Below, in pieces: positions 53,774-64,000 of a stretch of 64,000 nt of DNA (the first letter of the stretch is position 1; every line of letters begins with the position of its first letter). The stretch comes from the human T2T-CHM13v2.0 reference genome, Homo sapiens. The DNA lies in the NCBI RefSeq assembly GCF_009914755.1, contig NC_060931.1; one strand, 5' to 3'. The notes beneath the pieces were generated by a model. The model ran no database searches. It saw nothing but the letters and a program-made list of their open reading frames with translations, and was not told the origin of the DNA. The position numbers and the translations under genes were made by a program.

Positions 53774-54306
53774 AGCAGTGGGTAACTGATGCACACTGAG
53801 GCCCTTTAAAAGGCAAGATATTTGTGCTGGAACCACGCGTGCTCATGTCTGGGCCGTGGTCTCGCTCAGGGAGAGCATAGTGGAAAAGCGCTCTGGGCCG
53901 CATGAGCCAAGACCAGTGCTTAGGAAGTGCCGGGGGGCCCTGCAGCCACCATCACCTGACCTTCCACTTTGCTCCGGGTAAACAACATGCAGGGCACTTG
54001 GCTTTCTTCTGTGGACATCGCTGTGCCCACCGCAGGGGCTGCCCCAGTCTCTGCCTGGCTTATCCCAATCTCAACTATGCTGCAAAACCTGGCTCACTTC
54101 CTGTCTCCTGCACGGGGCTTCCTCCAACACTCCAACCTCACAGGATTTCTCCCCATGAATCGCCCAGATGCTTCCTGCGTGGCTGTCGGTTGGCCGCAAA
54201 CGCTCCCTGTCCTTCCAACCAGGTAACCTTCTGGCTTCCAAAGGACTTCATGTTGCCAGATGTTGCCGGGCCCGTTTTCGAGGTTGCAGTCTGGTCATGG
54301 ACTCAC

Positions 54307-54367
54307 CCGGTGTCTTCTAAGTAGAGCCTGGCCGCAGTCCATGCACCGATGCAGACGGTGGGGAGGC
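54307..54367 (-). CDS. VIPR2: VIPR2 exon 8, 61 bp: (G)LPTVCIGAWTAARLYLEDTG
   Basis: CAG acceptor and GTGAGT donor; continues the GWGLP motif in frame. Confidence 0.97.
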
Positions 54368-55106
54368 CTGCAGAGAGACGCCTGGTTACACAGGTGGAGC
54401 GGAGCGGTGTGCACGCACACAGGTGGGTGCCTTCACCAGCAAAACCCTCAAGGACACGCTTTCTCACGGGAATATTAAGTGCAATCTCTTGTTTAAAGTC
54501 TTTGTAAATATTTACAAGTTTATGCTCATGCCTTAGTAAGCAGTGAAGATAATTAAACACACGCTTGAGAGCTGAGAATCTGAGACTTGCCATTCCTCAT
54601 GAGAAGGGTTATTACTGGAGGCCATGGAGTTGAACGTGCGGAGAAGGAGATGTGTTCACTGATTTTTGCGACCACCCACGGAGCTATCGGCTACGTTTGC
54701 CTCATCCTGTCCATGAGGATGTCCCAAATTTGCACCCCTTTCCAACCCTGGGCAAGGCAAGGCTTCCGCTACCTGGTGTGCCTCTCCTCTCTGATCCCCA
54801 CCCTCAGTGAAAGGTGAAGTGGGTAGAGGCGGAGGAGGAAACCGTTTTGTTACTTGTTAACAGCCCAGTTTGAATGGGGGTACAAGGGGCCAGGAATGGG
54901 AGTATTTTAAACTAGGTTCCTGGTTACCAGAAATATTAATGTGTTGTTCGTAGGAGCCTCCAGTCATCCTGGAAGAGCTCTTCATGATATGACCCTGACA
55001 TGCATTCTACGGGGGCGGCAAAGTGTTTTCTGAGCTGAAAATGTTTGCGTTGTTTGGTCCGATGGGATGGGATGGAGGGTTTGTGGGTGGGAAGGGGCAC
55101 ACTTAC

Positions 55107-55257
55107 CCCATCCGATCAGGAGGTAGGCCAGGAAGCACCTTCTAGGGGGGAGCATGGCCACCAGGAGGGTGTGGAGGTAGAGCCCCTCCACCAGCAGCCA
55201 GAAGAAGTTGGCCATGATGCAGTACTGCAGGAAGACCAGGCTCAGCTTGCAGCCCAC
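55107..55257 (-). CDS. VIPR2: VIPR2 exon 7, 151 bp: [51 protein letters not shown] (TM3-TM4)
   Basis: Class B motifs [12 protein letters not shown] and IGWG; CAG acceptor and GTAAGT donor; phase matches both neighbouring exons. Confidence 0.98.
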
Positions 55258-56214
55258 CTGGAAACCGCAAACAGAGGAGAGGAAAGCATGACCTCATCCG
55301 GTAACAGCAGCTACCAGCAGGCAGTGCCGCTCCAGGACACAGGGCGCTTGGTATCTGTGCAAGGAAGGAGACACCGGTGCCATTGGGAAGGAAAGTGATT
55401 AACACAGAGGCCAGGGCGCTGGCCAGGAATGCCTGCTGGTGGCACTGGGACCTTTGTATCCGCGGCTCCAGAGGAGGATCACTGCAAACGCAACTGTGAA
55501 CAGCACTGCCTGAGGTGAGCGCACTCACTGCTGGAGGGTCCTAGACAGGCCGCACAGCTCCCTGGCCCTCCCGTTCTCAGCTCCTCCCCTCGGCTACTCC
55601 ACTTCCCCTTCTCTGACCTGCTTCAACACAGGAACCCCCGCAGTGGTCCTGCCGGCCAGCAAAGAACCAGAAGAGCCGGCAGGAGGTCATGTGTGGGGCG
55701 AGGTATGGGTGGCAGGGGCCCTGCAGGGGCCCAGGGCTCTGGCCTCTGTCCCTTTGTGTGAACAGAACACGAGTGCAGGTAGAGGGCGCGGCACATGCCA
55801 GCTGCCCTCACTAGCAGCTCAGGTGAGCAGCGCCTGGGAAGAGAAAGCAGTGGACCCACACCAGGCCCCAGACTTTTTTTTTAAATTTTTGACAACTATG
55901 TAAGTTCCTCAATTGTAAAAAACTGGTTTTAATATTGGGTAACTTAACTAAACATGAAAAAATAAAGGGGAAAACAAGAGAAATCTAGCAAATAAAATAT
56001 TTTCTGAGGACATTTTAAAAGGATTTTCACTGGGAAAGAATTGCATTATTATATAAAATCCATCTATTTTAATCTCTCAGACCTTCATCTAACTAAATGT
56101 ACCAGGCATTTCAGCTTCATGAGCAACCATGAAACTGCTACTTTTAATCACTAAGCTTATATAAAGTGTGCTGAAAAAGAATAGTATTTTCATTTCCATT
56201 CTTATTTCTGTATT

Positions 56215-56475
56215 TATGTTCATATCTATAGACATATGTAGGTGGGTGTACATACGTATGGCAGATATATATCTGATACATATATCAGATGGATACACCT
56301 ATACATATTTGTGGGTGGATATACTTACATATGTATGGGTGGATATACTACCTACATATAACAGATGGCTATCCCTATAAATATATACGGGTGAATATAC
56401 TTTTTTATATATGGGTGGGTATACTTATATATATGGGTGGATACACTTATATATGGGTGGATATACTTTCATATG
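56215..56475. repeat. Degenerate atatgggtggatatac low-complexity repeat
   Basis: Directly visible. Confidence 0.8.
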
Positions 56476-57518
56476 GTGGCCTTTCAATTTGGCCTCCGGG
56501 GTCCTGAGAGCCACTGAGCCCTGCAGGCTGTCCCTGGCCTCCCCTGAGCCCTGCAGGCTGCCCCGACCTCCCCTGAGCCCTGCAGGCGGCCCCGACCTCC
56601 CCAGTGCTCTGGATCTGCCTTGCCTTCCTCTGCTTTTCCTTTTTCCCAAGCATAGCAGGGTGGGTGCTTCATTTTCTGAGACACTGCACAGGTGAGAGTT
56701 ACCCTTATTGTCCATCTTTGCCACCAGAGTAAGGCGAGTGCCTGCACGCGGATCTCGTGTGTCAACGCCTGGTGAATGGACACTCAGATCCCAGCAAGTT
56801 CTGCCCTGGGCATCAGGACAGAGCCTCTTATGTGGAAAGACACACATGATAACACAGCCATGGATGCAGGAGAGTCACAGTAAGTCAATTTGTGACTTAC
56901 TGCCACTCATTTGAAAAGTAAAGTGAAATAAATCAAGTTTTAAAATCTCTGGGAGGTGAGATTCTGGGAGTTAGTCACCCATCGGGATGCAACGTGCCTT
57001 CTTTTGTCTCTCGGTAAAAGACCGCATCTTAAACACAAGGAGTAAACTGCAGATGAACCAAGACACAAATGAACAATCTCAGAATAGAAACCTCTTAACC
57101 AAGACGGGAAATCTGAAATGAAAACAAGAAGTGCTAAAAGGATGGAAAGCAATTTTGGTTATATAAACTTTAAAAGCTTTTAGATGGTAAAAATACCATA
57201 AAAATACAATTGACAAATCATGAATCTGGAAACATATTTACAATAGAAATGACAAATGTTTAATTTTTATGACGCCAATATTACAGATGAATGCGGTGTT
57301 TTAGAGGGCCGGAACAGCTTGTGGAAAGATGCCAGTTCTCAGCAGGTGCGCTGCCCTGGAGTGTGCATGAGAGCCACAGAGGCAGTGCCAACGCCCACCA
57401 GACAGGCAAAATGGTAAAACCAGTCAGGTCTTTGGGCTCTGGTGTGATCCCACGTGCAGCTGTCAGCTGTCTCAGCCTTTTGGAAGGCAATCTAGCAAAA
57501 CAGATTTACTACAATTTA

Positions 57519-57859
<341 letters not shown>

Positions 57860-57899
57860 AAAAATATGCATGCCCTTTGCAATGGGCTGGAGGCTTCTT

Positions 57900-58105
57900 T
57901 ATGCTGCCAGAATTCACATGTTGAAGCCCCACCCGCTGTGGGAGGGTGTTAGTGGGTGGCGCCTTGCGATGGGATTAGTGCCCCTGTAAAGGGACCCCAG
58001 CAACATCCCTCGCCCCTTCCACCACGTGAGGACACAGAGAAGTCAGACCCGAATCTGGTGGTGCCTCGGTCTCAGGCCTCCAGAACTGAGAAGTAAATGT
58101 CTGCG
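57900..58105 (+). mobile_element. MLT1A/B-like MaLR LTR fragment
   Basis: aattcacatgttgaagccc; gggattagtgcccc; ccacgtgaggacacag; gcctccagaactg. Confidence 0.7.
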
Positions 58106-59739
58106 ACAGGAGCACACGTGGATGGAGACACCCTCTGACCTGGCAACCTCACTGGCGAGTTCCACCTGACAGAAATAAGAACACCAGTCCATAAAGACGC
58201 ATGTCCGGTGATGCCTGCAGCGGCAAAAGAGAAAAATAAAGTGCAGAGCAGGCCCCATACCAGAGGATGGGCTACGCGGAGAACACCATGCCACATGAGG
58301 GACCGTGTGCCGCCTGAAAGCAGGCGCCGACCTGGTGGGGCCCTGGCACATTCTGCTGAAGGAGCAAAGAGGACGCAGGAAGAGTGTGCTGAAGACGATT
58401 CCATTTTCTTCTTAAATGGGAACAAAAACATCTCTGCATTTTTTCCCATGTGCCCATTCACCAAACAAGCACACTGAGGAAGGGAGGTCTGGGGAATGAC
58501 AAGGCCTCTACTGACTTCATTTTCTACAGTGTGACCTTCAAACCTCATTACACAGGCTCCAGAGCACCACAGGAGGGGCCCAACTCCAGGGCCAGTTGCC
58601 ACCCACAGGGTTGATGTGAGGAACCCCGGCCAGGAGACCCACCAAGGCCCGGTGCCCAGTCAACAGCTGGTCCCTCCTCAGCCCCGTGGCCTTGTCGGGG
58701 AGCCTCTGTGTGAGCACGTGAGTACGCACACATGTGCACGTGAGGCAGGCAGGACTCAGCTTAGTAAGCTTGGGGGTGTGCTTCTGGGAGTCCCACAGAC
58801 CCCGCAGGGGAACCTGCTGTGGCTGATGGTGAGAATAAAGGGCAGGTTTGCTCCGTGTCCCGGGACAGCCCAGGGCCCCAGAGGAAACTGTGTCTCTGTC
58901 TAGGCCGCATGGAAGGGGCCAAGAAGAGAACTGTTCATCTTCTTGGCTGATCCTAATATCATGAGAAAAAGACCCTGCACCTATTTTGGGGGTGCTGCCC
59001 CAGGTGTTCTGCCTGGGAGAATAACCTTGGTTTGGTGAAGTCAGCTGGGAACAAAAAATATACAAAAAAATTCAACTGGAAGGAAAGCTATTTTTCCTGT
59101 TTCTTATACTGAGGTCTGACTATTTCTGGCTGACTTGTTTATTCAAAGCCTGAGCGTTCTTTAGAGGACAGCGAGAGGGAAGACCCAGCTTGGCTCCTCT
59201 CTGGCCTCAGGCATCTCCCCTCCCTCCTGTCCTCTGTCCCTTCCCTCCTCTGTCTGTCACATGCTTTTCCCTTTGCCTCTGCTTTCCCCTTGCTGGTACT
59301 AGAGTCACGGGGCATCTGGCACAAGGGGCAAAGCCGACTCCCTCTGTCCTCACAGAGCTTGACTCGGGGCACTGGCTCTGTGCTGCTGGGCATCGTGGGG
59401 CCCCACATGCACCTGGGCTTTGGATCCCGAGACTCCGGGCCAGTTGCTGGGTTCCCCTCTGCCCAGTTTCCTCGTCTGTGAAATGGGGCAACTGCTCTTC
59501 TGAAGGCGAATGAGTGTTCACCCAGTGTCCACAGAAACAGCCCGGCATTTACAGGATGCTCTGTGCAGTGTGTGGGAGGCCAGGCCCTCCCGGTGGGGCA
59601 GCCACGCTGGCTCAGATCCACTCTGCCTCGGAGGTTCTGGGCACTCCTTTCAGGTTGAAGCAATAGGGGAGAGTAGAGAGCTGCTGCTCCAGGCCAGCAC
59701 CCAGTCCCGAGGGCCACCACTTTCCATGTTGCAGGTCCT

Positions 59740-60212
59740 CCAGGGTCCGCTGGGGTCCACTGAGGGTCTGTCGAGGGTCCTGAGGGTCTGTCGAGGGTCC
59801 TAACGGTCTGTCAAGGGTCTGTTGCGGGTCACTGCTTTCCATGTCGCGGGTCCCAAGGGTCTGTCATGGGCCACTGCTTTCTACATCACAGGTCCATTGA
59901 GGGTCCGTCAGGGTCCTGAGGGTCTGTCATGGGTCCTGAGGGTCTGTCATGGGTCACTGCTTTCTACATCACAGGTCCGTTGAGGGTCCGTCAGGGTCCT
60001 GAGGGTCCGTCATGGGTCCTGAGGGTCTGTAACGGGTCCTGAGGGTCTGTCATGGGTCACTGCTTTCTACATCACAGGTCCGTTGAGGATCCATCAGGGT
60101 CCTGAGGGTCTTTCATGGGTCACTGCTTTTGACGTCATGGGTCCGTTGAGGGTCTGCCATGGGTCCGAGTGGTCCTCTGAGGGTCTGTCAAGTGTCTGTC
60201 GAGGGTGACTGC
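59740..60212. repeat. Composite minisatellite built from a ~20-bp gagggtctgtcatgggtcct subunit and an actgctttctacatcacaggtcc spacer
   Basis: Directly visible. Confidence 0.9.
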
Positions 60213-61452
60213 TTTCTTCATGAAGAGCTAAGGGCAGGGGATCTGCAGAGTGAAGCCTGAAACCATCTCGGTGAGAGAGAATCCGACACCATCCTCACAC
60301 TTCTTATGGGCGTTGACCACTGTTACACATGTGGGGAGACCCTATTACTAGGACAGGAACTCCAGGGGCCCAACTCCACCTGGGGAACAGGGCTTGCCAG
60401 GTGAAAAATCTTGTTTTTAATTTTGTTATCACAGCAAATCTGATTCACAGGCATCACGCGCCAGCTTATCCCCAGAGGCACATTTCCTGCATGAAGACGA
60501 TGATGGGCTATGAAAAAGCTGACGTCTGTGTGGTTATAAACGGCTTTACTATCTTAAAACTAAGTTAATTCAAATCTGTTTAGACTGAGCAACTGTGCCA
60601 GCAGAGGGACCTATCTGCGTGGAATGCGGGAGGAGAGTCTGGAGCTCCTGGCTCCTTAAGAAGAACCTTGGTAGCAAGGGTCTCTGGTTGAGAGTGAGGT
60701 ACCAGGGGCACGAATCCTTCACAAAGATGCCGAGCATGTGGAGTGCTCTGGGCCAGCAGGGATGTGCTTGGTAGAACGGCCTGCATGTAGGAGGTGCTCA
60801 ACAGCACCTGCTATGTTAAACTGACTTGATTAGGTACTATATAACCACCAATAACTACTACAAATACAGCTGAGGGAGAAGGGCGTGGGTGGAGTCAAAC
60901 ACCCTGTACTGCATTTGTAGGAACTAATAATTAAGATTATCCTGAAATCAAAGAGTTGGACGCAGATATTCATAGATATGCAACTGAGTTCACAATCAGG
61001 CTTTACAAGGAATTTACCCATGGCACAAGATCAAGTTCTTCCAGCAATCTGGAAGGAAGCCTTTACTGCTCAGAATCTAGGAGATTCAGACAGAAAGCAA
61101 CAGAGTTGTGTGTGTTCATCTGTGCCAAGATTTCTCAACCCAGATGTGTGTGAGGAAGGGTGTGCCTTTCCTCAGTCTAGCTCCATGGGGGTCAGGGCTC
61201 AGGGCCCTTTCACTTCCCAGCCCTGATGATGCCTGGGACCCCCACCCTCCCTGCCTCAGTGCCACCCCCATGTCTCAGCTGCCAACTGGGCCTGTTCTGG
61301 CCCCAGCCTCTCTGCCAGGCTCTCTGTTTCTCAGCCATGACCCTGTGCCCTGACAGGGACCCTGCACCAGCACAGAGACGTCCTCATCGTGAGAAGAGGG
61401 AACAGAGATAAAGGGACAAGACAGTGGGACCCTGTGGTGGGGACAGCCTTAC

Positions 61453-61594
61453 CCAGGAGGATGGCTGGTCAGGGCAGTGCAACGTGCCAGAGCTGGAGTA
61501 GAGAACGTCGTCCTTGACCAGCACTGAGATGGCTCTCAGGATGAAGGACAGGAACAGGTTCAGGTGGATGTAATTCCTGGTGCAGTGCAGCTTC
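61453..61594 (-). CDS. VIPR2: VIPR2 coding exon (exon 6 of the 13-exon gene, numbering from memory), 142 bp: (R)[47 protein letters not shown]
   Basis: Class B GPCR ICL1/TM2 signature [14 protein letters not shown]; AG acceptor at 61596-61595 and GTAAGG donor at 61452-61447. Upstream exons lie beyond the window end. Confidence 0.97.
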
Positions 61595-62599
61595 CTGAGG
61601 TGGGGGAGTGGGAGAGAGAGGAATTGGAGGGGGAAGGGGAGGGAGGGAGAGAGAACCAGACAGAGATGAGAAACTCATACTATGATCAGAGAAGCACAGA
61701 AAAATAAAAGAGTTGAGGGCATGAAGCAGATTTCACCATGAATGGCAACTGCAATTTGCTGTGGCAGAGAAAAATGAAAAAGCTCTGTTAAGAATTTTTT
61801 TGATAATAAAGTAGATGAGATGAAGAAACGTTTTTAGCAAATACATACTGAATTTGATAAGAAGTTTCCTATCAACAATTAAAAAACTGTTAAAATCCCA
61901 ACAAAGGAGGTCAGTGAAAATGGTGGTGTAGGGACCATTCAAGAAACAACAACAACAACAACAAAGATACTCAAAGGCTTATGCCAACCAAGTGAACGCT
62001 TAGCCGGGGGAAGGCCCTGAATAGGCAGAGGGCATGCTGTCTTTAGCTCACCCTTTTCCACCCCACCCCAACATGGTGGTCATTTTGAAGACAGAAGCTC
62101 ATGCTCCTATTGTGGGTACTTGGTCCTGGAGAAATTTCATAAACCCAAGGAGTTGTGTTTGTTTTGACCTTTCTGTGGGTTCTGGGCAAAAGACTAAGAT
62201 TCCGCGGGCTGAGAAGTGGTTTTGCAGACATGCTGGAAGCTGAATGAATAAGCTCCCGCCACCTCAGGAGACACTTGGCAGGGGAAGCAAACATCAGGTC
62301 CTCTGATAGCCTGAGAGGAAAAGCTGTGGAGTGAGAATCTTGGAGAATAAGGGCTTCAAGAAGCTCTCACATGAAGTGGGGAACCTAGAAATCCAGGTGC
62401 ACGTTCAGGGCAGAAAGAATCAGAGAATCCCACAAGCTGTTATCTCAGGCTGCTCTTTGGGCTTAGCACAAGCAGGCAGCGAGAGCTAAGGCAGAGCTGC
62501 AGACAGTCTGGTTAAGCATTGAAGGAGTGCTCCCAACACAGAGCCAGCCTACAAAGGCCTTTAGAGGGCACTTTTTCTTTTTTTTTCAGTTTTTTATCT

Positions 62600-64000
<1,401 letters not shown>

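Overview
Human (primate) genomic DNA, GC-rich and dense in tandem repeats, which fits the distal 7q36.3 subtelomeric region. The only protein-coding gene I can support is the 3' part of VIPR2 (VPAC2, a class B GPCR) on the minus strand. Eight coding exons lie between 61594 and 48971, all with GT-AG boundaries, and they splice in frame into the TM2-to-C-terminus sequence. A ~2.4 kb 3'UTR containing an AluY follows, ending near an AATAAA at ~46551. A plus-strand spliced lncRNA converging on VIPR2 (probably LINC00689, recalled from locus context) likely occupies ~26-41 kb. The rest is a full-length THE1 MaLR provirus, Alus, L1/L2/MIR pieces, MER1B, Tigger1, ERV LTR fragments, CpG islands and more than a dozen tandem arrays. 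The very long ORFs in the track come from low-complexity repeats and are not genes. I see no convincing new biological system. The most interesting observations are structural: a 94-bp direct repeat bracketing an in-frame-deletable pair of VIPR2 exons, a telomere-variant GGGTCA array, a minisatellite grown from an LTR poly(A) region, an open intron-12 read-through tail, and an Alu with a triplicated 5' end.
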